From Octopus vulgaris (Eukaryota): 64,000 nucleotides of DNA. The notes beneath the pieces were generated by a model, which saw only the letters and a list, made by a program, of their open reading frames with translations, had not been told where the DNA came from and searched no databases. Positions 48,953 through 61,617 of this stretch are shown piece by piece. The stretch lies in assembly GCA_951406725.2 (NCBI GenBank), contig OX597831.1, forward strand, positions 72,540,001 to 72,604,000, written 5' to 3'. The position numbers and the translations under genes were made by a program. The stretch's first letter is position 1. Each line of letters opens with the position of its first letter.

Positions 48953-50609
48953 GTCCGCTCTCCCCGCTTTTGTATGTAATGGCTCTTGAGCCATTGCTGC
49001 GAAAATTGAGCGACATCCCGAGATAGCAGGTTATAGAGAGTCGGTTTCAGCGTACGCGGACGACATTACCATCATCGTAACCGAAATGGATCACCTACAG
49101 AGTGTAGGCGAGGCCACTGAGGAATGCGAGACGGTGGCAGGAGCAAAGGTTAATCGCGAAAAGTCAGTCGGCTTGCAGCTCGGCACCTGGAGAGGCAAGT
49201 CGATGCCTCCTGACAGCGTCGTGGGACGTTGGACGGAAGATCCGATTAAGTTGCTATGTTTAGACCAGGCCCCCAAGTAGAGAACTGGGCCGACGTAGCG
49301 AGCAGAGTAGCCCACATATCCAAGACCTGGTCTTGACGGTGGCTATCCCTGAAAGGGAGGGCGGAGGTGGCCAATGTGTCCATCGCATCGGTCATCACCT
49401 ACCGCCTGACCGTCGTTCCCTGCCCTGATTCGTGGTTGAGCAAGCTGGAAAGACAGCTCTTCGACTTCTTGTGAAAGGGTTCGAATCCGCTTGTGAGACG
49501 CTCCATTTGCTGGCAACAACCGTTTAAAGGGTGGGCTAGGGATGCCTTGGCTGATGATGAGCTGGCACGCGCTGAGGTTGAGGCGTCTGTGGCTCCATCT
49601 GGATGGTGATCGGGTGTGGTCTCCGCTGGCGAAACAGATGTTTCCCAAGTTCACTTGTTTCGGTGGATTGAAAACCTGGTTCTATCGTAGATCAAAGTTG
49701 GGTACATGGTGTACGGAGTGCCGTAAGGCTCTCCGGATATTCCATCTCTCAGGCAACGCCAGCGGTAGTGGTTCTACCACATTCTTCTATAGAGGGTTGG
49801 TAGAGGCGAAATGTGACGATAATCAACTGGCCAGTCTGTTCCAACGTACATTAGGGCCGAAGACACTGGATAACTTCCAGAAGTCTTTAGCATCGCAATA
49901 TTACCGGGGAGCCTTACCTGTCCGAGACAAGCTTACAAGGCATGGTGGCCCTGGCCCACCGACCTGGCCAAGATGTGGGCGGGACAGGGAAACCTTCCTG
50001 CACGCTATTGTTCAGTGTTCGGAGGTATCAGATGTGTAGGTTTATGCCGAACAACTGTTGTCAAGTACAGGATGAGTACAGCTGTCAACTGAGTCAATAG
50101 TAAATATTTTCCCACCGGATTTCCTATCGAAAGAAGGTAAGAATTGCTTTCTCATCGTAGTAGCAATTGCGAGAGAGGTGATTTGGAAGACGCGAATGAA
50201 AGGGTTAATCACAGGCATTTTTATCTCTGGCCCTGGCTTGGCAAATTTCTTCACCTTCCACCTAAGGAAGAAAAATAGGGTTAGAGAAAAAATGCCTGTC
50301 CGCGAAAATGTTCCAAGATCGATGGAAGAATGTCACACGAATGTTGCGTGTGGATGGGACCGCATGAATACAAGGCAGGAAGAACCCAAAGTATCAGTAG
50401 TGAGACGGGGCTCGTGGGGTCTGAGCATATCCCGCCTCCCTACTCCATTCTGTATTGTTGTCTTGTATATGTTATCATTCGAACTATTAATATTTATGTA
50501 AAATTTTTAAACTCATATTTTTGTTAACTCATCCGTGAAATCTGACCCCATATCAGATTGTAATGTCCCCTCTTTGTTGTTCCCTTGTAAGAAATAAAAA
50601 AATTTGCAA

Positions 50610-51008
50610 AATGCTTAGTGGTATTTCGTCTGCCGCTATGTTCTGAGTTCAAATTCCTCCGAGGTCGACTTTGCCTCTCATCCTTTCGGGGTCAATTAAA
50701 TAAGTACCAGTTACGCACTGGGGTCGATATAATCGACTTAATCCGTTTGTCTGTCCTTGTTTGTTCCATCTGTGTGTAGCCCCTTGTGGGCAGTAAAGAA
50801 ATAAGAAACGTTAGCGCATCGGGCGAAATGCTTAGCGATATTTCGTCTGCCCTTACGCTCTGTGTTCAGATTCTGCCGAGGTCGACTTTGCCTTTCATCC
50901 TTTGGGGATCGATAAATTAAGTACCAGTTGCGTACTGTTTTCGATCTAATCGACTGATCCCCCCCCCCCAAAAAAAAAAAATTTGTACCTTGTACCTAGA
51001 GTAGAAAA
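50610..51008 (+). mobile_element. Two tandem SINE family B copies
   Basis: Consensus match twice. Confidence 0.85.
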
Positions 51009-52074
51009 GTATATTTTGATAAAAGGGAAAGTTCACCTCGGAGAAAACTGAGTTCGGAATGACCAAATCCCCCAAAACATTTTGCTCGACGTTCAAACGA
51101 TTCTGCCAACCCATCGCCAATGGCTTCATCTCAATATTGATCTTATAATAATTCTGCTTGTCATTGCGTTACTTTACCCGTCGGTAACGCTTTCACGTGA
51201 TTAGAGAAAAAGAGGGAGAGAAAAAAGAGGGAGGGAGAAAAAGAAGGAGAGAGAAGCATCCATGACGTAAGGAAGAAGGAATGTAATTGTAACGCTTTCA
51301 CGCGATTATTTGGAGGAAACGAGAGGAAAGAGAAAAAGAAGATAAGGCAAAGGGTGGTTAGAAAAGTTAGTTGACGATAGAAGAGGCGAGTTAAAAATAT
51401 AATTTTTGCGGAGGGGTGATGTTCTGATGGTGAAGTTAAAGAAAGACAGAGAGAGGGAGAGGGGGAGTGAGAGAGAGGGAGATGATGATGGCAGTGGTGC
51501 TGGTGGAGACGGAAGTGGTTGTGATTGGATACTGAGAAGTGTGTTTTTTAAAATTGAATTAATTTTTTTTTTTGTATCACCTACCACTTATCGCATGCAC
51601 GTAAATACAATTTCGTGAAATATTCACGCTTATTTACGTGGCAGATAAATGCAATTTAATTAAAGATTTATCATATGTACCGGACTTTTTTTTGTCGTTT
51701 ATGGGGGAAAATGGAAAAATAAGAGTGAATATTTATTTTATGTGTGCTGTGCATTAAGTCTATAAAATTGTGCGTATATATAAAGTGTATATATAAAGTG
51801 CATTAAGTAATCATCGTATTCCAATATCCTCCACTTTTCAGTGATTAGCAGATGAGCGACTAACTTTTGATACAGACACAACACAGGCTACACTTTCGGG
51901 ATTTTGGGATAAAGTTTTCAGAAATAACCGAAATAAGTTTACCATTAATTCCGTGAAATATTCATGGGTCCCGCTACTTAGAATCATTCACAGCTTGAGT
52001 ATTAAACATCATATGACGGGTAACTTTATAAGTATAGTTTTACCTCCGTAGGTAATATTAGGAAGTATAATCAT

Positions 52075-52284
52075 ACTCTTTACTCTTTTACTTGTTTCAG
52101 TCATTTGACTGCGGCCATGCTGGAGCACCGCCTTTAATCGAGCAACACGACCCCGGGACTTATTCTTTTGTAAGCCCAGTACTTCTTCTATCGGTCTCTT
52201 TTGCCAAACCGCTAAGTAACGGGGACATAAACACACCAGCATCGGTTGTCAAGCAATGCTAGGGGGACAAACACAGACGCACAA

Positions 52285-52329
<45 letters not shown>

Positions 52330-52490
52330 TACGACAGGCTTCTTTCAGTTTCCGTCTACCAAATCCACTCACAAGGCTTTGGTCGGTCCAAGGCTATAGT
52401 AGAAGACACTTGCCCAAGGTGCCACGCAGTGGGACTGAACCTGGAACCATGTGGTTGGTAAACAAGCTACTTACCACACAGCCACTCCTG
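52075..52490 (-). mobile_element. SINE family A
   Basis: Reverse complement of the consensus. Confidence 0.9.
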
Positions 52491-52924
52491 GCAGACGTAC
52501 AATTTAACTTGTACAAAATTTCTTGATGGTAACGAAAAGGATGAAATGAATACTAATTTTCGAAAATTTGTATACACGCAAGCATGTGTGTGATGTGTAT
52601 CTGGCATCCATCGACTATAAAACTTTTATCATCTTCACCATCAACTTACCACTCTTGACGACTTCAATGTTCTGTCGACGTTAACTTCTCATGTTAACTT
52701 TCTTCCCCCTTTCTCTTTCTCCCCCCTCTCTCTCTCTCTCACTTTCCTTCTCTCTGTACAATGTAAAGCGTGAGATCAACCAATCTATCCATATCGGCTA
52801 TTATCATCATACAGAGATAACGTCTGATGTTGAGACCGACGTTGCGCTGGCATTTACTTCCGCATCACGTCGCTACGGGGCAGCGAATAACACCCTCGGC
52901 ATGGTCTTTGGACATGCTAGAAAT

Positions 52925-53315
52925 ACTCTTTTACTTGTTTCAGTCATTTGACTGCGGCCATGCTGGAGCATCGCCTTTAATCGAGCAACTCGACCCCGGG
53001 ACTTATTCTCTTGTAAGTCCAGTACTTATTCTATCGGTCGAACCGCTAAGTAACGGGGACATAAACACACCAGCATCGGTTGTCAAGCAATGCTAGGGGG
53101 ACAAATACAGACACACAAACACACACACGCATATATATATATACATATATACGACGGGCTTCTTTCAGTTTCTATTTACCAAATCCACTCACAAGGCTTT
53201 GGTCGGCCCAAGGCTAGAGTAGAAGACACTTGCCCAAAGTGCCACAGAGTGGGACTGAACCCGGAACCATGTGGTTGGTAAACAAGCAACCTACCACACA
53301 GCCACTCCTGCGCCC
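52925..53315 (-). mobile_element. SINE family A
   Basis: Reverse complement of the consensus. Confidence 0.9.
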
Positions 53316-53615
53316 TAGTAACTAAAACTTCCTCAAATTAATTTCCTATTGACTTAGAACTACAAGAGATTACATTAGATAGTTTAATCTCAGGTATGCA
53401 AAGAGACAAACGGCCATGGCTGGAACGCTGTTGATTATAGCTCACCTGCAACAAAACTCATTTTGTTGCTAAACACGATCTTCCACACGACTCGGCAACG
53501 TTGAAACAAATGTTTATAAACTCAAGGGAGATAATTATCGCGACACTCATCACCTTTAACGGGGGACAACTCTTCATTTTAATTGCCTTAAACTGGAAAT
53601 AATACGTATATTTAA

Positions 53616-55610
53616 AATAATAATAATAATGAAATTATTGTATACAGTGCTCAGGTGCACTACAACTTGTCAAAAGTGCGTATAAAGCGTATGCAGTAAT
53701 GTACAAATGTCTGGAAAGTGAACAGTGTATGAGTCAGATACATGCTTGCGTGTGTATGGAGGGGAGAAAAGTAAGTGTAGCGTTGGCGAATCTCAGGAAG
53801 GATGGAAGTCATGTTCACAAGAAAACTTTTTGAGATTAGTGTTGTGGAGGGAGTAAGTAGACGCTAAGTTTTTCCTCCTAAAATGCATGGTGGTACATTT
53901 GTCCACAGCCAGCTTGAGTTGCTAGTCCATGATCCACTGCTGCATTGTGTCCAGGTCTGATTGCAATAAAGATCTATAGTGTACAGGATCTGTCCTCCTT
54001 ATTTCGAGGTACAGCTTGATGTCATCTGCATATTTCAGCACTGTGGCACTCTTTAAGTTGGCATCTATGTCATTAACATATGCAACAAATAAAAGGGGGC
54101 CAAGAACAGATCCCTGTGGTACACCAGATGTCATCTCATAGGGTGAAGAATGCTGTCCTAGAACTGTGACAACTTCTTTTTGGCCGATAATGAAGGACTT
54201 CAACCAGTTATAGAGATCATCTCTTACACCCATTGCAGAGAGTTTCACCATAAGTCTTTTGTGTGGTACAGAATTAAAAGCCTTAGCAAAGTCCACGTAA
54301 ACAACATCCACCCAGGATCCGCGATCAGTGATTCGGGTAATGTCCTCAAGAAACTCGATGAGTTGATTACAGCAGCTGGAGTTAGGAATAAATCCAAATT
54401 GTGACGGCTGCATGAGGCTGTAAGACTTCCAGAAGTTCCAGAGGGTTTTTCTGACACATGATTCCATCAGATTGGCGATGCAGCTAGTAAGACTAACGGG
54501 GCGATAGTTGACAGGCGATGTGCGGTCGCCTTTTTTGAACAGATGGATAACACTGGTAGTTTTCCACTGCTCTGGAGTAACACCATTGTCAAGACAGAAT
54601 TGAAAGAATAGTGAAAGTTGGTTTAGAAGAAAGTACCCACCGCGTTTGCGAAGTAGGTATGTAACACCATCGAGACCAGGAGAGGCATAGTTACGTTTAT
54701 TCTTAAGGAGGCGTTGTAGCATTGCTGGTGTAAATTTCATAGTAAGAGAGTCCAGTGTCAGAGGTGATGGAGATGGAACATTTTGATCTTCGACAGTAAA
54801 GATGCCTGCATAGCATCCAGCAATAATTTCTGCACATTCTTTGGATTGTCAATAATCTGGCCTGTGTGGGGATTGCGAAGGGGACCAACTGGAGAGTTAG
54901 GTCTCTGCTTTGAATGTACTGACTTCCAGAACACTTTGCTGTCAGGGCTGGTTGCTATACGCTGTTCGAATTCAAGTACTGCCTTTATTGTCACCTGCTT
55001 GAGATGGTTGGATGATCTATTGCGCTTTTTCCTGTTGATCTCTGATTTGTGCAATTTGTATTCCTGTTCAGCATTTCAGCGTTCTTTCCTGACAAGTCAG
55101 ACTGCTGCAGTCTCCCAAATTGCACTATTGGGTGGGGGGGTTGTGCTTGCGTGGTACCGATGCTGCACATGCCGTCCATATTGAATTCAGAATGTTCTGA
55201 AGTATAGTGTTCACATCTCCAGAGACATAAAATTCAAGCCAGTTCGGGCGTCGCAGCTCAGTACAATAAGAGTTCCAGTCTGCTTTATTCCAGTCAAAGT
55301 GGGCAGTTTGAAGATGGTTGTGGTTTTTGTTACAACCAATCAGAGATAAGTCGGCCATGATCATGGAATGATCAGAGACACCAAAAGGTTCTGCAGTAGT
55401 GACACTAATAACAGTTTCGGGAGAAGTGGTAAATAGCAGATCTAAAGTGTTGTTACCCCTTGTGGGGGAGGTAACGACTTGGAACCAATTTGAATTCAGC
55501 ACCAGTTCAAGGAAATCGTCTGCACTTTGTGGCCAACGGAAGGCCTCCCAGTCAATCTCAGGAAAATTGAAGTCCCCCACAATATAAACATAAGTGGCTG
55601 TTTTCATGGC
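53616..55610 (-). mobile_element. CR1-like LINE ORF2 (EN and RT), frameshifted and internally deleted
   Basis: VGDFNFPEIDW, PTRGNNTLDL, SDHSMI, NYRPVSLTS, DFAKAFNSVPH, GVPQGSVLGP, KYADDIK; (TAT)n tail. Confidence 0.9.
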
Positions 55611-55779
55611 AGCAACCCTGGGGATATCAAAAAGAGTTTTCTGTGCCTCTTAACGTGGATATACTGTAGGAAAGCTGAAACATTGCAGTATTTGTCTTTA
55701 GTAATCATGTCATAGAGACGCTTAGTGTCAGAAAAAGAAGAACCAGTCGTATCCGTAGCAAATTTGTTATCCATTGTCG

Positions 55780-56365
55780 CTGTGTGATGAAAAGTTTGCC
55801 TTCCAGCCACATGGTTCCGGGTACGGTCCTAGTGTATAGCACTTTGAACAAGTGTCTTCAACTATACGCTCGGGACGACCAAAGCCTTGTGGAGGGATAT
55901 AGTGTATGAAAACTGAAAGAAGCCTGCCGTGTGTGTGACTTTGCATCTGTGTCCCACATAACCTCTTTCTTTACTACCCAAAAGGGGCTAAACACAGAAT
56001 GGACAAACAAGGACAGACAAACGGATTAAATCGATTACATCGACCCCAGTACGTAACTGGTACTTATTTAATCGACCCCGAAAGGATGAAAGGCAAAGTC
56101 GACCTCGGCGGAATTTGAACTCAGAATGTAACGGCAGACGAAATACGGCTACGCATTTCGCCCGGCGTGCTAACGTTTCTGCCAGCTCGCCGCATAACCG
56201 TTTGACAACTGGTGTTGGTGTGTTAAATCCCCGTAACTTAGCAGTTCGGCAAAAGATACCGGTGCTTTAAAAGAAAAGTACAGGGAATTATTTATTCGAC
56301 TAAAAGTTCTTCAAAGTGGTGCCCCAGCATGGCCACAGTCTAATGACCGAAACAAATAAAAGATA
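55780..56365 (+). mobile_element. SINE family A interrupted by a minus-strand family B copy (about 55965-56192)
   Basis: Family A head and tail flank family B; cataacc occurs on both sides of the insert. Confidence 0.75.
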
Positions 56366-56645
56366 AACGGTAGAAACGAAATTTGTCAAAGAATGCGCTT
56401 CAAAATGGATACTTGCTGCCGATGACAAGCAAACGCGCAGAAATCCCAGACCGAGCAATTCCACCGCCACTGCTGGATGCTTTGCGTCTGTCACTGAAGC
56501 TTCGGTGCTTTTTAGCACTGTACGTTTTTTCAAGATGCTCTCCTACTGTATATCAACGTTGAGTAAGATATACAGAATGCTTTTCTTAACTGATACTGCT
56601 TCCGTTGCCGTTACGTTCTAACGGCAGACGAAATACCTATTTCTT

Positions 56646-57225
56646 GGACCTTTTCCTTTTGAACGGCAGACAATTTCTAGTTGACTAAACACTTTAAAAC
56701 TTCGTATACTGGTAGAATGTGTCAAAATAAAACATTTTTTTCTCTTTTTTCGAATTTTAACCAATCCTATGCTCTCTTTTGAGCTAAAATCATTTGCTGC
56801 GTCTAAAACTGAGACAACATCCTGTAACTAACCCTAACCCTAACCTAAAATTTTTTTTCTTAATTGTTAAATTAATTTAATTGTTACGCGTGTAAAAAAA
56901 CTAAAGCAATGGAATTAAATTAATTTAACAATTAAGAAAAAAAATTTTAGGGTTAGGGTTAAGGGGGAGGTTTAGGGTTAGTTACAGGATGTTGTCTCAG
57001 TTTTAGACGCAGCAAATGATTTTAGTTGAATGGAGGTAATCGATTAGTTAAAATTGCCGAAATGCTCGGATTTTCAGACGAAATATCTTACAAACTATAT
57101 AATTTTCTCAATAAAACCAAGAGAAAATGATGTTTTATAAACACATTCTACCAGTATACGAAGTTTAAAAGTGTTTAATTAACTAGAAATTGTGTTGACA
57201 TCTGCCGTTCAAAAGGAAAAGATCC
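56646..57225. mobile_element. Foldback non-autonomous DNA transposon with GG-starting TIRs and 8-bp TSD (Merlin-like or hAT)
   Basis: GGACCTTTTCCTTTTGAACGGCAGA / TCTGCCGTTCAAAAGGAAAAGATCC; TSD tatttctt at 56638-56645 and 57226-57233; internal CCCTAA/TTAGGG repeats. Confidence 0.85.
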
Positions 57226-57640
57226 TATTTCTTTACTACCCACAAAGGGCTAAACACAGAGAGGACAAACAGGGACAGACAAAAGGATCAAGTCGATTAT
57301 ATCGACCCCAGTGGGTAACTGGTACTTATTTAATCGACCCCGAAAGGATGAAAGGCAAAGTCGACCTCGGCGGAATTTGAACTCAGAACGTAGAAGCAGA
57401 CGAAATACCTATTTCTTTACTACCCACAAGGGGCTAAACACAGAGAGGACAAACAAGGACAGACAAACGGATTAAGTCGATTATATCGACCTCAGTAGGT
57501 AACTGGTACTTATTTAATCGACCCCGAAAGGATGATAGGCAAAGTCAACCTCTGCGGAATTTGAACTCACAATGTAACGGCAGACGAAATACGGCTACAC
57601 CTTCCGCCCGGCGTGCTAACACTTCTGCCAGCTCGCCGTC
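57226..57640 (-). mobile_element. Tandem SINE family B copies
   Basis: Consensus match. Confidence 0.85.
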
Positions 57641-58544
57641 CTTGTCTCTTTAAATATTGGATTCTACCAGCTCGTCGCCTTGTATGACATTATATTCATT
57701 CAGTAGCAGCCATTAATAAATATGTCTGAATGGTGCATCATGGGAACAAATGGATTAATGTGGTATATTTGTTTTGTTTTTTCTAATTAGTTTTTCTCAT
57801 TACTATTTATGTATTCCTCAAGGTTCAGCGTATCGAACTCATACCATCGAGATTCGTGACATTTATTCATACACCACAGAACCATATTGTTGTAGCAGTG
57901 TAACCCACATTGAACTTTCTTCCAGAGGACCTAATCTTATGGAACAGAGGTCGTCAGCCGAATGACGAATTCTACCCCATGGACCCAACTTCTAAATTCT
58001 ACCATATCTCCGCCAAGTTGAGGACGAGGCCATACTGCACACGCTGATATTCACCAGAGGATCATACAGCGTACAGTATAACAATCTCGACATGTTATAT
58101 TCTATTCTCTTCGCCATTTAGTGTATTTCTGTAGTCTAGCAGATACAACACGTTCCGACATTTTGTGACGAATCATCTGGCGTGCAGTATGACAGTTTGG
58201 ACAAGTTACCTGCTCTCCGTTGTCCAGTTTGTGACAAAGTGAACGAAATGGACAGGGTAAGGGTACAACAATTACTGTTCCTCTGCTCTTATTCTTAGTG
58301 GCGTGCATACTAAAATGGTATTTAATGCTAATGAGGTTATTGATGCTGGAGTTATTTCTGTGTTGATGTTTTTCTTTTATGGTCGACGAAAGTGGTAAAG
58401 ATAACGTTGTTAGTGTTCTGAAATGCTGTGAATATATTTGGATGTTTGTAAGGAATTTTTTTGCAGTCGTCAGGAACTGAAAGTTGTAAGAGTTTGAGAC
58501 AGCAACAATTTTTGTCCCTTGTGTATACGCGTGATTCTCTTGTT

Positions 58545-59886
58545 TACTCTTTTACTCTTTTCAGTCATTTGACTTCGGCCATGCTGGAGCACCGCCTTTA
58601 ATCGAGCAACTCGACCCCGGGACTTATTCTTTTGTAAGCCCAGTACTTATTCTATCGGTTTCTTTTGCCGAACCGCTAAGTAACGGGGACATAAACACAC
58701 CTGCATCGGTTGTCAAGCAATGCTAAGGGGACAAACACACTCACACAAACACGCATATATATATATATAAAACTTAGATATGTTTCGACCAAAGATTGGT
58801 CCAGGCCATGTCTAACTTAATAGCACCACCTGATAGGATTATTCGAATCCTGTTTAAGTCAAGTTTTGTTTAAGTCAAGTTTTGTTCAAGTAGTGAGTTC
58901 TTGTTGGGTGAGTTGTATCCAGTTTTGTTCAAGTAGTGAGTTCTTGTTGGGTGAGTTGTATCCAATTATGGGTGGCTTATCTGGTATTCTTTGAAGGAAT
59001 CTATCCAGACTCTGTTTAAAGTTGATGGGATCCTTTTCCTCTTTGATCTCCCTCGGGACAATGTTAAATAGGGCAGGGCCTGTTAAGGAAAAGAAATTAT
59101 GTTGCAGTGTACATGTATGCTGTGATCTTGAATTGGGCAGGGGCGTATAGCCCGTGGTCCAAGTCTTGGATGAACCTTGAAGCTAATGTTTAGGTCGTTT
59201 GGGCAAAGTTGGCGGTATATTTTCCACATCGTACAAATGATGTACCGCTCACGGCGACGCTGGAGGGAGTAAAGTTTCAAGGCTTTAAGGCGATCCCAAT
59301 AATCGAGAGCAGCCATGCCTTCAATTTGTTTAGTGAGTGCCCTCTGGGGTGACTCAATTCTGGAGATGTTTTGTCTTGTGTGAGGAGACCACAGTGGGCA
59401 GCAGTATTCAAGGTGTGGCCGTACAAAGGAGGAAAAAAGTGGTATGATGACACCTTGTTCTCTGGACCGGAAAGTTCTTAAGATCCAGGAACTCATCCTA
59501 CGAGCTATATCGACCTTCTTGTTGATGTGTGCACTCCAACTGAGATCGTCATCAACAATTACACCCAGGTCTCTGATATTGTTAGAGGCTGTGAGCGGTT
59601 CCCCTGAAGGAAGAGAGTATGGCTGTTTTAGTGAGGAGTTTCTTCCAAAATGCATAAGCTCAAATTTTCCCTCATTCAGTTGCATTTTGTTTCTGTCTGC
59701 CCATTGACTCACAGCATATATACATATATACGACGGGCTTCTTTCAGTTTCCGTCTACCAAATCCACTCACAAGGCTTTGGTCGGCCCGGGGTTATAGTA
59801 GAAGACACTTGCCCAAGGTGCCACGCAGTGGGACTGAACCCTGTGATTGGTAAACAAGCTACTTACCACACATCCACTCCTGCGCC
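58545..59886 (-). mobile_element. SINE family A split by a CR1 insertion
   Basis: Halves at 58545-58760 and 59714-59886; gcatatata on both sides of the insert. Confidence 0.8.
58770..59710 (-). mobile_element. CR1-like LINE 3' portion
   Basis: IRDLGVIVDDDLSW, FVRPHLEYCCPLWSP, LYSLQRRRERY; small tandem duplications near 58855-58964. Confidence 0.9.
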
Positions 59887-60292
59887 TGTTTTGTATTTTT
59901 TCGTTTAAGAGTGGGGTTCGTAGATAGTTTATGGATAGGGTCTATGTATAATACGTAAAGATACAAAGTCACTGTTTTGTGCAGTTTGTTGTGGATAGAT
60001 TAGGGACCGCATAACCAGTTGTACGGCTACGTAGACATTTACCTTACTATTGGTCTTATAATGTTAACTATTGTGAATTACTTATATCAGGTTTACCATT
60101 TTGTCTTTTATTGATGTGTTTTAGTCTTGTTTACATCATGGCCGTTGAATTATGGCATGACACTGTTACACCGGGGATATTTCTCTCGGCTGAGATTTTT
60201 TCTTTTTTTGCCCGTCTCTTTCTCGCGGAACGTCGTTGGAGAAGTTCATTCTCTCTCTTCAACCAGAACTCAGCGAGCGAAGGACCTGTAGA

Positions 60293-60394
60293 ATCTATTC
60301 GTGTAGAATGTGTCTAGCTAGGCTCAGCACATGCAAAGAGATATCTATTCGTGTAGAATGTGTCTAGCTAGGCTCAGCACATGCAAAGAGATAT
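60293..60394. repeat. Exact 50-bp tandem duplication
   Basis: atctattcgtgtagaatgtgtctagctaggctcagcacatgcaaagagat twice. Confidence 0.95.
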
Positions 60395-61439
60395 CGATAT
60401 GCAGCATTTCTTTTCTCCAAGTCAACACACTCGTATGTTGAAATTCATTTAACAATACATTAAACGCAAATCTTTTAATATTAATGTTGCATTCGAAAAA
60501 AGTATTTTTCTCCTTATGAATAATTACTGTCCCATTTAAACAGGTCCTTCACAGACTTTTGGAAGTAAATATCTACTGTTTAACCACAATGAATTATCAT
60601 CCCACCTGGGCCGACAGAGTTCTTTCTTCGATGGTAAGATGTCTTTTCTCTCATTCATATTTCCAACATAGTCGTTGATAAAATTGTTTTACCTCACATT
60701 ATAACTTTTAATAGATAGCTATTTTTATATCCCTGCCTTAAATATTTCAATAATAACTTAAGCATACGAAACTATACTCAAGATTTATTACGCAAATATC
60801 AAATATGTAATTCATATTTTATCATATTTTATCATATTTTTGACACGACTATCATTATATATTTCGAATTACACTACAATAATTCTGTAGCAGAAGCGTG
60901 TTTATCATTCGACTTTTTTAGCTTTAAATACCCAAATATCGACTCATACGCGTGTTTTCTACAAGTGGTCACTTGACCTGGTCGAGTCCTGGTTTTTATA
61001 CGGGCTGTCCAATCCTATCACTTGACCGACCGGCCTAACGCGAGTAAATTTATGTTTGTTCGCTGGAGTCTACTATTAGCTTTAAAAAGAGAAATCTCTC
61101 TTCAATGTAGTGGCGAGATACGGTCGAGTTCCTATGTCGGTAACGAGAGAGGACAGCTACTCAACAAAGAGCTTTTACGCGCTGTTGTGTTCCGTCAAGC
61201 ACACATCACCAAGCTCCAACTGAACGAGAAACTAACATGTATATTTTCTGACAGAATCATTCAAGATGCACCATATTTTGCTGTACTTTTATTGGGCGAT
61301 TGAATAAAGTGTGGCAGTCAATTACAACTCTTGTCCTCGTATTTCTTTTCGCTGTTATACCTGACTCGTTTGAAATCAGGAAATTATAATGTTACCAGGG
61401 CCTGAGCCACGCTACTCAATCTCCCCAAATTCTCTCGAC

Positions 61440-61617
61440 TAGGCCTGGAATTTTCGGGGATGGGAGCTGGGTAGTCGATTACATCGACCCCAGTGCTTAA
61501 CTGGTACTTATTTTATCGACCTCCAAAGGATGAAAGCCAAATTCAATCTCTGCGGATTTTGATCTCAGAACGCAAAGCATTTTATCCGGCGTGCTAAGAA
61601 TTCAACCAGCTCGTCAC
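61440..61617 (-). mobile_element. SINE family B (diverged)
   Basis: Reverse complement of the consensus. Confidence 0.7.

Larger units (their letters stand above)
45255..50602 (+). mobile_element. Degenerate near full-length L1/Tx1-like LINE, interrupted by an rDNA insert at 47430-48952
   Basis: ORF1 with CCHC knuckle CFECGEKGHIWTNC, EN end SDHNMV..YWKLNTSLL, RT NFRPITLLN, LDQSKAFDRVDH, PLSPLLY, AYADDI; aataaa and an A-rich end. Confidence 0.9.

Noticed and set aside
56828-56980. True telomere or chromosome fusion site
   Set aside because: Only 2-3 units per side, inside a TSD-bounded element
58855-58964. Short repeated units resembling a CRISPR-like array (also 35323-35384 and 60293-60394)
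   Set aside because: Adjacent tandem duplications without spacers, in a eukaryotic context
61106-61390. Possible solo LTR (TGT start, internal AATAAA)
   Set aside because: No convincing CA end, TSD or second copy
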